Source of the DNA: Ptychomitrium polyphyllum
Lineage: Eukaryota
Direction of reading: 5' to 3'
DNA: 64,000 nt
NCBI GenBank assembly: GCA_973851085.1
Contig: OZ316775.1
Location: forward strand, 22,630,001 to 22,694,000
Below, piece by piece: positions 49,342 to 62,426 of the stretch. A program made the position numbers and the translations under genes. Positions within the stretch are counted from its first letter, which is position 1. Every line of letters starts with the position of its first letter. The notes under the pieces were generated by a model. It was not told the DNA's origin. It did not search any database and saw only the letters and a program-made list of their open reading frames with translations.

Positions 49342-51800
49342 CACTAAAGTACAATTGATGAACGCGTTGGAAGCTTGTGAAATCCTGGCGCGGATGATGA
49401 TCTCCATAGCGTTTTCTCGTTTGTGCAGGGACATCGCTAGAGATACTTCGCCTCTTTCCGAAGTTCCGCCTTCTCCCTTCTTCTCTTTGGTGGTGTTCCT
49501 CCTGTGACGACTAACAACAACGTCTGCTTTTGATCTGTCCGTTTCCTGCACATAATGAATCACTGTTACTTCGTTGGAAGTAAATAGAATTACCATAGTT
49601 TCAACCAAAGCACAGTAAAATTGATCGAATGCACAATGCTTGTTTGGTAACAGTGACAAACTCCAAGTCTAAGGTTATATAATTACGATTCTAGCAACCC
49701 AACAGAAGGTTCGTTAGTATAGCTACAGGAGAAGAGAGTGAATCTAAGCATCACCGGTTTTGCTTTCATATGCAAGATTCTAACACCCATTAAATATCAC
49801 CTCGATTATACCATGTATAGACTAAACCCCTGCTTTTATCACTCTTCTAATAGCTTCACTTCTAAAACTAATCCATACTCCAACTCTATCAGTGTTAAAC
49901 TAAGCAGGAAAGTTTCTAGAAAACAGGAAAAGATAAAAACCTGTTGCAGAATAGATGATTTGCTTTCACGAGAAAGGCAGTGACAGAGTCTAACGCCCTT
50001 TACGGAGGCTTCCTAGTTTGTTGCATCGCTGGCTCCGAACGCTTTAGATTATCCTTCCTAGCCTCCAAGCGCAGTCTTAATGCTTCCAAGTCTGGATTCC
50101 CCGAATTCGGCATAGCTCACGCTTCCTGATGTTGGCTCTAAACCCACCTCGATCTCTAACTCCATTTTGATCAATATTATAATTCCAGCATCTCCGTCCT
50201 GGATCCACAGCAGCCAGTATCATCATCATACATCAGTGAATGCAGAAATGTAAGTAAACACAAGAATGATATTCAAATTGTGAAGATGTAAGAACCACTT
50301 TGTATACAGCAAACTGCCCTAAACCCTAAAAACCTTCATCACTACTATGGACATTGAAAACTGAAAACTCACCTTCTGCATTTGACGCTGATCGTATAGA
50401 GGATACTGAGCAAAAGTGTACACAGCTGCAAATTCAAAAGTTACCATTACTATGCATCCTGTTCATAAAACTCGTAAGTCAAAAGGGAAAGAGTACAGCA
50501 AGTAAATATTCCAAATCCGAAATTTCTATACAAAAACAAAATCCAAAAACATTTTGTCTCACATCTACACAACCAAAACAAAAGAGCAAACATCTCACAC
50601 ATATTCTTTTTACACCAAAATAAAACATATCCAGTTGATATTCAAAGAAGTTTCTCACAACCTTTACACACACGTACAAAAGGACACTGACAAGGAAACG
50701 AGCCTGAATGTGAATCTATGGCGCCTACAAAGTGAAAACAAAGGGGGTCTCAGAACAAAGCATATGTATTAGCAAACAAGAAAAAAGGAAATAATCCACT
50801 AAAGGAGCACACAAGCAAAAAAATTGCACGAAATGAAAATTCTATCTGACCAGGCCAACAGATCATGAAGCCACTTCATACTCCTGGAAAACATTCAACT
50901 CACTCACGATTGGAGGGTCCAGCCTCTACTTCTTGTCCGATACATGACATTCCAATGAGAATAAATATGAGTAACCAAAATCGTAGGCCGAGGAACACAA
51001 ACGATCAACCATTGCGGAAAGAGAGACCAACAATATTAGAAAACGAAGAGGCCTCGTGAAAATTACTTCAATAATCCGTACGCGAGATTCTTTTCAAACC
51101 TATACCTGACTATAAGTCGACTAATAAACCCTAAACGCTGAGATTGCCTGCATCAGCCGCAACTTCAGCGATTGCTTGGTTCTCCGTCCATTAAGAAAAC
51201 CTGATGCAAACCGGCGGATCAGTACACAACAGATCACTAACGAAATTGATAGCAATCAAAACCAAGGAGAAAGGATCTTTACCCGCATCTACGCTCAGCC
51301 TGAGAGCTCGTCAGGAGACGAGCCGTCTGAATTGATCGTTCACAGCCTTGCGCAACACCTCTAGCTCGCCCATCTGAGCAATGCCTGAACCCAACCTTCC
51401 GAAAAAGGCTCTATGAGGACCAAAACCGGCCACGAACATCGTCTTGGAACCGAGATTAAAACTGCAGTCAACTGCGACCTCCAGGAACATAGTTCTAGAG
51501 AATGACACCAAGCTGACACTAAGGTCTATTCCAAGAACCAGCGAAGAGTGCTTTCAAGAGTTAAGTCTGGTCCCTACGTTGTTGAATGATCGCTAATGAT
51601 TTCGGTGCTCGAAACACTGCAATCTTTTTCACTCGAATGACCGTGCTGTAGCGCTGCAGCGGCGGAGATCCGAGGCGCACATCGACTCAGCTTCTCTCAG
51701 CTTTATAAAAACAGGCAAAACTACATCGTCACCAACTGTGCGTCCTGCCGACGGCATCTCGCGCAGCCGCAACCGCATTCACCGAGCTCCATGATAGGCA
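49342..51800 (-). other. Probable spliced minus-strand transcript (lncRNA or poorly conserved gene)
   Basis: Series of splice-signal-bounded segments (donors GTAAAG near 51282, GTATAG near 51106, GTGAGT near 50371, GTATGC near 49341; acceptors TGCAG) carrying only short ORFs. Confidence 0.3.
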
Positions 51801-53239
51801 AGTTCGTGGAAGATGTGGACAGGAGCTCGTGCGAAGGTGAGAAGATTCTGAAACCGTCATACTACTCCAAACCAGAAGATTCTTTCATGTTTACCGACGT
51901 CCTACAATTGAGTTTAGGGAATTTTGGAAGACAGTTTTTTCCTCACCTCTGGTCTTTATGCTGACTGTAGCGAACACAGAAGGTTGTAGGGGCTTGTGAG
52001 CGTCAACAGGGCATCTCAAAATCATAAGAACTGCATATGAAAGTTTAAGAACGCTTTCGAACGTTTGAGAAGGATACGAATGAGAACAACATGAGGATAT
52101 GAAAGTAGTTTGCCACAATACCAACGACATGAAAACATAGAAGCCTGATTCCAGTTGTGGCAGTCTTGGCAGTCTTACAGGTCCACACTGAATCCATTGT
52201 AACAAAATTTCTTGTAATTTGCACCAGAATTGCGTGATTCTATGGCTATTAAAAATTAGGTGTGATATTTTTTTAATGGAAATTGATTAAGAGGCACTTT
52301 TAGCACACTATGGTATCTCATAACAGTGTTATAATCAATATTTGTATCTTACTCATGGAAAACACAATTTTTTAATGGGCCTTCTGAAAATTATTTATAT
52401 AAGTGATTAATATGAGATTTGTGTGAGATTGGAATGGATCATGTGTGCTATTGGATTGAAATTGGTGAAAGACTAGCTCAAGTACTAAAATGAAGAGCTT
52501 GTGCTAATAAAATTGAGCCCAAAAGTGAGGTTGCAAAATATAATACAATATAACAATTTGTCATTTCTTTTAAAGATATCACTTGACACAAGTTATATAA
52601 ATTTAGAAGTCACCATCTTTCCAATAATTTATCATATATAATGATTTTAGGTGACCATAGAAGGTAAATAGAAGTCAATTCAAAATAGCATTTTTTCCAA
52701 CATCATACATTTATTATTTGTACCCTAATTTAGGGCTCATATTCAAGACTATTGGAGTGTTAAAACTCAACTATAGTTTATTACTATATCAATCCAATTT
52801 GACATGGTAAATTTTATTGTTGGAATTTCATTTTGCATGTGAATATGCTATAGAGTGAAGACTTTAAAACTTATCATTTTTTGATTTGCATCCCTATGGT
52901 TTAAATTAGAAAATCTTCAATTGAAGTAAATAAATACAACTTACATATATACATCTTTGATATATACAATTATTTACAAATCCAAGTTTGTTGAACATCT
53001 CAAGATATCTTGATTTTAATTAGTATACATATTAAATTCGCTCAGATAAACATATAGATGGTTCTCATTTTTCCTACCAAAATTACAATATAATAGGCAG
53101 AAATTCAAAATTGCTTCATATTTGAATAACTCGCATTTGTTAAACTTTTGCATATATTTTATCCTCAAGTAACGTTGATTAAGCCATTTTCAATCAAGTT
53201 GTATTCAAAATGAGTATTGCTTTATTATAACTCACACTT

Positions 53240-54384
53240 TGTCGCGCACCTCTCCTTGAGGAGTGCCCACAACACTAAAGGCACAAGGGGGACCCCGAAA
53301 TAACGCCCGGGACTTGTGGCGCCGATAGTGAGGAGAACCGAGTGGGCCTAACATGGGAAGGATCCCTAAGGGGAGAAACATCCTTGCCCATGTAGATCGA
53401 GGGCCACGAGAAATAAATCATGGGCATTGAAGGAATCACAAAGAGCTGATTCTAGAATGCTAAGGATTGCCCAAATCGGACAAGGGAGCTAAAAATTATG
53501 GCACCCCAAAGTTGGGGTTGCCAAGGGGCTGTTTTGGAGTGTGGCAGCCCTACACAATGACTGTGCTGGAGTGGGATAGTCCAGGGAGGGACTCCCCGGG
53601 AGTCCCGAACCTTGAGAGAGGCGTATCTCCCACAATACTAACTCAAATTGGACGTTTGATAAGTCTATCGGCATCTACGCAAAGAGTAGATGACAATAGA
53701 GTGGTTGCTTGATACATTCGGGCACCAAATGAGGAAGATATGACGCCCTGAAGGTCCGCTGAGAGTCCCGGATTCTTCCAGCGGCTAAGTCCCAAGGGGG
53801 ATCGGGTGGTCTTCCAAAACTCTAGGTGTGTCGGGGTTCAGCTAACTCTAGAGGGCCAGGGGGCCTGCCGAATCCCATAGAGAGTACTATAAGGGAGGGC
53901 TAGTCTCCCTCCCCACTCCCCTAGTGTCCCGGTAGAGACCAAGGGTGAGTCCCGGTTGGTGGAGCTAGTGATGGGGCTTCACCACAGGGACTCCCACACC
54001 ATTGTGAGCCGGTGGACGGCCGGTTTCACGAAGGGAACTAGCACGTTCAAAAGGGTACGCTTGTTACCACTAAATTGAGGTGGTGTCCTTACGCCGGCAC
54101 CATGATGGCCCGGGGTGATTTTAGGATCACTTGGGCATCATGAGTGGTGGTGAGGAGACACCACTAAGTGCGGTTAGGCCGTATGGAATGGGAGTAACAC
54201 CAAGTGAGGCCTTGGACATGAATGGAAGTCTGCACCTAACCATTGGTTACTAATAAATTGGGTGTCCTAAGAAAAATGGTAGAAAGACTTGAAAAGTGAA
54301 AATGGGGGTTAACTATGTGCATGTGGGGGTGTACAGGGTTGACGCGCGTAACGCTTGCTAAGGTGCATTGCAAGGGTTGCGACA
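53240..54384. mobile_element. Solo LTR (family C, 1145 bp), relatively young
   Basis: Inverted termini TGTCGC...GCGACA and a perfect 5-bp TSD CACTT on both sides. GC/CpG-rich against very AT-rich flanks. Homologous to 32552-33713. Confidence 0.95.
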
Positions 54385-56024
54385 CACTTGCTTTTAATTA
54401 TATCAAGATTTAAATTTGAGTGTTTTTTTTAGTGATTTCTAAATTGTTATATTAGCTTTGCTACCAAAGATGTGTTTATAGGATTATATTATTTTTTGAG
54501 ATTATAATTAGTAACATTTTTACATGCATTTGCTAAAAAACATCAAAGAAAGAGCTTTAAATATCTTTTCATTAAGAAGTAAAATTTGTCTAGTAAAAAA
54601 AAAATTAAACCATTTCCTACTCCAATTTCAAATGTGTCTACTTCTTTCTCATATTTTTTTAATTAATTGACAAGGTCATTTGCATTTGTAAACATTTATT
54701 GGATTTGAATCCAATATTAAATAAAGTTATTTTCTCAAATAATAGAATGGTATCTTTGTCTAAAAATCTGTTCAAATTTAGTTCAAAGTAGGCTTGAAGT
54801 AACAAGTTGCCAATGAATCTTCCAATTCTTCATTGTCCAAGAATTATTTTGCCTTTAAGGATGCCACTCACTTAGATTTTATTTTTCCAAAGTAAGAAAA
54901 ATTAATTTTCATATTAAATAAATCATTCTTCACAAAAAGAGTTCATCATACTCCAAATAGCTGAGAATTAGTTACACCTCCTAATGATTCAAGATTCAAC
55001 AAGTAGATTCAACAAGGAGAGGTTGTTTGGTAAGAGCATACCCATAAGTCCCTACGTGTTGTTGTATACGAATGAATTTTGCCTAGGAAGAGGCCATCTC
55101 TCATAATGTGAAATGCTGAATTCTTCATATTCTTGCTCCTCCCCAAAATTCTTCTGATTCGGAATACAATCAGGGACCGCTAGAAAGGCTCTAAGCATGG
55201 AGGCGCTGCGACCCACATCTTTATGCCCTGATAACAGAAAGTAAGGCAGAACACCTTAGTGCTCTTCGAGAAGTGATCGGAGAAGAGACGACGAGTCTCG
55301 CACATCCAGAAGCTCCGTCGGCAGCGTCATGTCATCCATGAAAGGTCCGTCGAAACCTCTTCTCATCGTCACGAAAGCATCCATCTAAGGATGCGTTTCA
55401 TCCATAGAGCGTGAGAGTCGCGACGAGAGGAGAGATCTCCATCAACGACATGAACACTCGGTGCAAGGACAGTCTACTTCGAAGCAGCAGACCCGGGCGC
55501 CGCAACCATTTTGGCAACATTCTATCACGATTGGCTTCCGGCATCTGAAGTAGGTGCGAAAGCAATCATTATGGTTACCTCCTTTCCCTTTGGTCGTAAC
55601 TTAATTTGAGTGTAGTCTAGGGTTTTGATCGTCTTGAACTTGACGGTACACTGTTCTATTTCTTCAAGAGAGGGGCGAGACCAATGGTTGATGCGATGGT
55701 GTTATCGAGCTTTTGTTTCTGTGAGAATGAATGTATTACGAGGAATTCAGTTCTTGCGTCTAGAGTTGCACGGTGTCTTTGTATAGAGAGGAGTGAGGAG
55801 CCCCTCTGTGGGCTGTTTCGAATAATGTCCAATTTGTGTGATTAGGGTTACGGGAAGTGGAATCACCGGAGCTCTTGCAGTAGTGAGGGTGTAGTTCAAC
55901 TGCTGTTTGTGAGTTTTTTGGTTTTTGATTGACTGAATGGGCTGAACGGTGCTTGTGTTGGATTTTTATGTGCTGCAGGTTTAACGGTGGTTTTCGAGAG
56001 CCCTAGGGTTCGGACGTGGTCGAT

Positions 56025-56147
56025 ATGGCTCAGCCTTTGCTTTCGAGGTTAGCGTCTGCGGCGGAGTTCGTAGCTCTGCCTGGAGCTATTTTGCTGGCAT
56101 ATTTCACGACGAGTCGCTCCACCGAGCCTAAACGAGGGCAGAAATGA
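56025..56147 (+). CDS. 40-aa micropeptide, PSEP1/FAMOSS-like
   Basis: ORF MAQPLLSRLASAAEFVALPGAILLAYFTTSRSTEPKRGQK* lies just after a 5'UTR intron (donor near 55554, acceptor TGCAG at 55978). It closely resembles my recollection of the 41-aa moss peptide PSEP1/FAMOSS. Below the ORF-track size cutoff. Confidence 0.8.
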   Translation: MAQPLLSRLASAAEFVALPGAILLAYFTTSRSTEPKRGQK

Positions 56148-56731
56148 TGGAGGTTCCAGTTCTTTTGTGTGCTCTGGCAGAACACAATTACGCTGAGAAC
56201 AATGTTCCCTTGATTCATAGTCTTTGATGTTTTAGAGGAGAGAAATGTTCTCTTCCGAACTGTAGTATTCATACGCTTGTGTATTATTTGCGTAATGTTA
56301 TTAACAATTTCGGTTGAAGCATTTTTACAGTGATCTGAAATTTGCAATGACATTCATTATACGTATAGTAATACTTGTATGATGCTTGGTAGTTACACAG
56401 CGTAGAGTGAGGCGGATAGTCACAATCCCTAACCTTCATAGTCACAATAAAGAGAACACCTGGACTTAGAGTGACTTCGGACCAAACTCCTGTTAGTATC
56501 TAACCATCCGAAGATTTGTGCTGAAAGGGGTTTTAGCACCGTCGTAAGTGCCTTCAGAGTGGCGTAAAGACCGAGCACGCTATTCCCAAGCATTCAAATT
56601 CCATTTCCACGGATATCTTGATTATCTCCTGAACTTGGTTGTGAACATCTGTTAGCTCCTTCATTGGAATTCCTGGGCTGGTATACATATCAAGTGCGGT
56701 TATACTTTGATTTGAGCGCCTCTAGGACTGG

Positions 56732-56914
56732 GCAGGGCTGCGCCAGCCAAGGAGATAGTGCAAGCCTAAGGCGACGCGCGTGGGTCCAAGCAGCAAGCCG
56801 CCGAGTACACCTAATTAAATTAATATCGTGAGGGACCCTGTCCCTCGTATCAGATAATAAACCAGTAAGAGCAGATACTAAACTTGATCAAAGCCAAAAG
56901 GCCGAGAAAGGTGT
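56732..56914 (-). ncRNA. U2: U2 spliceosomal snRNA, divergent variant or pseudogene
   Basis: Minus strand reads ACACCTTTCTCGGCCTTTTGGCTTTGATCAAGTTTAGTATCTGCTCTT..., matching the U2 5' end. It has stem IIb GAGGGAC/GTCCCTC, a CTTG stem III loop and a TTGCACTA loop IV. TATAA at about -30 and a 3' box CAAATCAAAGTATAA at 56714-56700. Confidence 0.85.
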
Positions 56915-59900
56915 AACTAAAGCAACCCAGCCTGCTCTTCTTATAGTTCAATCCCTGTCTCTAATCGTCAGTGATTATGGGTCAAACCTACCACACATCG
57001 TCTCCACAAAGTTCACCTGCGTGTTCTACCATCGAGGGTAACCAGAAGTACACGCAGTCCTCAGAATGAAGAAACGTCCCAATGAAACAAACCGGCATCC
57101 TTGTATGCAGAGCACCAATCTGTAGTGAAGAATTCGGAACCAAAGATTCTTACCTACTGTACAGACGAACGATGGGCGCAGTTGCTCTCATGGAGATTGT
57201 AGCGATGCAAAGAACGGCCTAGGATAGGATACATCTAGAGCATCCGTTCAGGAAAGTGTCCTCTGGTACATGCCAGCTTCGTTGTGTACGAGAAATTTGG
57301 TCCATTTAGAATTCCTGGGCTCTCGGAGTGGCATCTCCGAGGCACAGTGGCGTGTCCCTTACGGAGTCCATAATGCTAAAAGCGTGAGTATTCTGGAACA
57401 TGAATGACGATATCGTGATCAATTCTGTGGCAGAACATTCACCGCTTCGGAGGGTATCATTCAGTGCGTTTGTGGACGTGCTTGCACTGGCCACCTGGCC
57501 CGTTGAGCAGCTTGGGCCATCATCTTCTCCCACAGTGTACTGCCACTTTGTAACATTTAAGTTTGTTAAGGATGTTTCAAATTTGTAGGAATTGTATGTA
57601 TGATGTTTTTGAGGCTTTTTGAAGTTTTCGAAAATATATTTGGTGTTAAAACAACAGATTTAAAACATATGCGTATTTGAATGCAAACCTATCAATAAAA
57701 TGTGGATTTACAATTTAAAAGGATTTTAATGCAAAATATGTAGTGTATGAAAAAACATAAGTAGGAAATTGGTTTAAACTTAGAAAAGTATGTATACCAC
57801 ACTTTAAATGTTTTGAAAATTTTAAATCTTAAAAAAATTAAATTGATCAACATTTTTTTTTCTTTTAGATGCAGTGTTAGTAAGGTTTGTACTCTATTTT
57901 TCTAGTTGCTCAACGATCCAGGTGGCCAGTGCAAGCAACCTTGAATAACCTTGAGGAAGGTTTATGTTAGATAATAGGCCATCTTTTTTAATTGTAAAGA
58001 TTTGATTAAATTTCATTTATTAAATGTTTTTAAGGCATTATCATGTAAATTGAAGAATTATTTGATAAAAATTTTGCACACAATCCTTTCTACTATTGAA
58101 TATGGTATAATCTCAATTTCAAAAATTTAAAAAGGAAGAAAAACCTATATAAAGAAATTAAGACTACAAAGCACAATGCACCTTTTTTGCAAGCAATCTC
58201 AATGTCACATCAAAATTAGCCAAGTTAAGGAAAAAATTCCAAAACTCATATTTATAGATTGGAATGGAAAAAATAACACCACATGCATATATGAAATTGA
58301 AAATTCTATAGAAAAATAAATCCTTTATTTATTTTATTTTCACAAAAATTATTTATATTTTAGTTTTTCACCAGATTAATAAATCATGAAATTAGTACTT
58401 ATACTAAATTTTTTTTGGCTTTAGCCATGTTACATTGATTTATTACTTATAATTTTGGTTTCCATATTTTGATAAATTTTAATTTATTAGATTAAAAAAA
58501 TATCTATTTTTAAAAGTGTAGAAATGAAAGTGAAAAGCATTGATTTTTACAAATGTAAAGAAAATTTCATAACATAAATCAAGTATTCTAATTAAGATTG
58601 ATAATCTATAGTTTTAAAAATAAATATACTTATGTTCATTAAATTTTTGTAACATTTAAACCTTTATATCCCAAAATATAGATTAAAATGTTTATTTTGT
58701 ATTTTCTAAGTAAGATCTTGAATTTTGAATATCAATCAAAACAAACTACTTATATCAATCCATAATTTTTTTGCAAGCATTTTACATTTATTTCAAAAAT
58801 GCAATGATTAAAAAGTTCATTCCAATTTTTCACCTAAACTTTCAAAATTTATATTTTGATCTTTAACACATACTTCAATTATAAGTTTTCAAGGAGTTGA
58901 TAAAAATGAAGTTAAATCTTTTGATTTGAAACATATACTCCAACTATAAAGTCAAATATATTGAAGAATAAGGTTAAATTGTATTTACTAAGTACATATA
59001 TAATGAATCAATTAATTAGTTAAATTTTGAAAATAGAAAGAGGAATCAAGTATAAAATCAAAATAAATTTTTTCAATAAAGTGACATGTCATCAAGTATA
59101 GTTTGAAGAACTTTATTTTCTTCAAAACAAAATAAAAAATAAAAAATAATCTTATTGTATTTCATTTAATTCCTTGCCTTTAAAACTTAAATAAATGATA
59201 AAAAATAATAGATTTTTTTAATATCCTTCATATTTTTATGTTAAATTTTTTTTTCCAAGCTCCAAAAGTATTAAAAAGACATTTATAAATAGGCTTTTTA
59301 ATAATTGTTTATACATAATATATATGTAGAAACATATATGTAATATAAATGTAAAGTCAAGTAGAATTAAACATATATAAAGATAGTGGATGCAAAAGAA
59401 AATAATATGAAATATTACATGTGCATTTGTTAAAATTAAGAAAAAAACTTAATGTTTTAAAAGCTTCTAATTATTTCAAATTGATTTATAAATGTTTCCT
59501 TTTTTATGATTAAAATTAGATACAAAGTTGTTGAATATGTAAGATTATGGAAAATGTCTTAATAATAAAAAATATTCAATTTTAAAAAAAAAATCTACAA
59601 AAGAAAAAAATTAAGGCTTGAAATATATAATTGCCGTACATATGATCAATTTTGAATATATTGTTGCTCTAAATAATCCTACATTATAGTGTTTATTTTG
59701 GATATTCCTATTTTAATCAATATTTTTAGATTACAACATAGAAGCAAAATATCAATTTAAAAGTACTCTAATTCATTCTTTGTTTAATGGATTTAGAAAT
59801 AACAACCATTGTTCCACAATCAATCCAATTATTACAAAATAAGGTTTGTTTATCTAGCCTCAATATCACATACAATTCAATGCCAACCATTATTGGAGGT

Positions 59901-60689
59901 ACAAGTATTTTCTTGTTTAGGATCACTATAATACTTATATGCTTTGTAGTCTCATATTAGGCATTTAAATCAATGAATTTTGCCCACTACAAGCTTATAT
60001 TAAGCCGTACATTATAGCTCAGGCATATTAAAGAAATAATTAATATAAATGTGTTGCTATTAAGTAATGTACACAATACATCGATGTGGTAGGAGTTTTT
60101 AATGGAACATTATAATTTTCCATGGTGAAGTTGCTATTTGTATATATCATAATTCTCACAGATGACCAAATTTAAGAGAATCAAGGCTTAAGATTAAATC
60201 CACACACAAGTTCAATTTGTATTCTTTGCATAAATCTCTCATGTCAATAACAAAACATTGACTATTGTAGACACCTTGTATTTAAGAACAAACACATTTA
60301 GAGCTCATTGTTTTTTATAGATGTAAATAGCGCATTATTTAAAAAAGACTTGTAGAAACTTTTATGAGATTTCAGCACAATGTAGTTTAAACCAATGGTT
60401 TAAATTGTGTTTAACAAGGTCCATTTTGAGATATTTTGAGCACTTTTGACAATACTTTATTAGGTGTGGGTCGCTCAAAAATAGACACCATATTTACGAG
60501 GTGGGCGTTAGAGTATGAAAATGCTTGTAAAGATCATACTGAGTAAAGATCACATGGGCTCAGTGAAGAGTGTGGGATCATATCCCATGAAATGTAAAAA
60601 CGTTCAAAATAATGCACAGAATGGCAACGTAGCACACACTGCATGGTTTCTTGGCAGGGAAGTAAAAATCAACTGAGCCGTACCGTGAC

Positions 60690-60786
60690 GGGGAAGGGAG
60701 GGGAAGGGAGGGGAAGGGAGGGGAAGGGAGGGGAAGGGAGGGGAAGGGAGGGGAAGGGAGGGGAAGGGAGGGGAAGGGAGGGGAAG
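60690..60786 (+). repeat. Pure purine 10-bp tandem repeat (GGGAAGGGAG)x9.5
   Basis: Nine perfect copies at 60691-60780 plus a partial copy, upstream of the PLD gene. Confidence 0.97.
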
Positions 60787-62426
60787 AGTGCAAGAGGCAG
60801 AGAGCCAGAAAGACAGACAGGCAGAAAGACAGACAGGCAGAAAGGGAGACAGGCCGAAAGGCAGAAAGGGCCTTACACAGAGAGGGGGGCGTGGAATGGT
60901 GGAATGGAATGGTGCAACTCCCTCACGCGCCATAATTCTCCGCGTAAGAGACCACCATCATTCTGTCACGTAAGTTGCACTGCACAGTGGGACACCAAGG
61001 GAGAGGCCCCATTTCTTCGTTTCGTTCCATAATCGTTCTGGAAGTGCTGTCGTGTGAGTGCACCATAGTCGAGACCGGTACGAGGACGAGCGGTTCATCG
61101 CCGTTTGTTGAGGAGAGATGGCGGAGTGTTTTTGTTGGCTGGTTGGTTAGTGGGAGGGCAGCGTAATTCGTTGCAGAAGTCTCGAGCCTGGGTGTTTGAT
61201 ATAGGAAACGTAGTTGAGTTTTGGGAGCTGGGTTGGTGTTGGGAGTTCGGTGAAGTGGCGAGTTGGAGGTTTAGGTCCTGGTGTGGTGTTTCATGTTGCG
61301 TTGATGGGTTGGTTTAGGGTTTCTGGTTGGTCCTCCTTTTGGTGGATACGTGCAGAGTTTGAGTGGTTGTGGAGTTCGCTTTTGGTGTTGGTGTGTTTGG
61401 TGTGTTTTGAGTAGCTTTGTAGTTGAGGATTAAGGAGTTGGGATTTGTTGGTTGATTCTTTTGCAGATTGCAGTATGGTTGTACTGAAGGTAAAGCAGAG
61501 TTGATTCGTTGAGCTATTCTGCTTTATTCAGATCGCACCACGAAACTGGGAGATCTTTGTGTTCATATTGGTTCTGCATCGTTACTGGATCCGATCTCTA
61601 CTTGGAGGAAATTGCTGCAGGTACTCTCGTGCAGTGGAAATTGAGCTTTAGTTCTGGGGAGGATCAAAGTTCTGGTGCATTCTGGTGCTGCGTGCAAGCT
61701 GATGAGGGTTTGGAGCAATTCGAGAGTGGACCCAGGAGTTTTAAGCAGATGCAGCGCTGAATCGCACTATGATCATCTCGTGCGACGGAGATGTTGCTTG
61801 AGAGTTTCGGCTATGTCGCGGCATCTCTGCTGGTGCTCTTTGTGACGCTGTTCATCTTGGTCAACGGAGGATGCGCCAGCAGCCGTCGCTTTAAAGTTAT
61901 TCGTTCACCAAGCGACGTGCTTTTTGTCTTCGAGGTACGGATGATGTTGATTCTAAACAAATAAGCTCTCCGCCTTGTGTGGTCCGCTGCCATTTTTCCG
62001 AGGGACTTGTGACAGTTTTAGAGGTTATATTTGAATTCTGAATGTGAACTTTTAATGGAATCTGTTCACAAAACCCGTAATATTCTCTTTAACAAGTGCA
62101 TACATCGACGTAGAATCGGAGATGTGCTCATCAAACTTGTGGGTTTAGGAGAGCAAGGATTCGGTTTGAGACTCTAAATTATATTCTGTTATTTGTTCAA
62201 ATTGTTAGCTCAGGTTTGAACTGTTTGTCTTTAAAAGTTGCTTTGAGATTCGATGGAATAACTTTCAGATTCAATTTCTAGGGTTGTTTGGTTCAAGCAA
62301 ATAATGTGGAAGGGGCATGGAATCTGCAGGTGATCAACTGGCAGAAACTTGGAGGAGAAACTGGCGAAGGATAGGGACTTCGATGGAGCTGACGAGGAGC
62401 TGGGGCCGGGGTTCCAGTATTCGCAG

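Noticed and set aside
50165..50235. Possible C/D snoRNA on the minus strand (ATGATGA plus GCTGGAATTA, complementary to 18S rRNA)
   Set aside because: No CTGA box D adjacent to the antisense element and no terminal stem. A snoscan run would settle it.
50317..50331. CCCTAAACCCTAAA telomere-like motif (single units also near 11983, 23645 and 51127)
   Set aside because: One or two units only: at most telo-box elements, not an interstitial telomere array.
60578..61032. ORFs with PSPPFPSLPL or GKGGEGRGRE repeats
   Set aside because: Translation artefacts of the (GGGAAGGGAG)n repeat.
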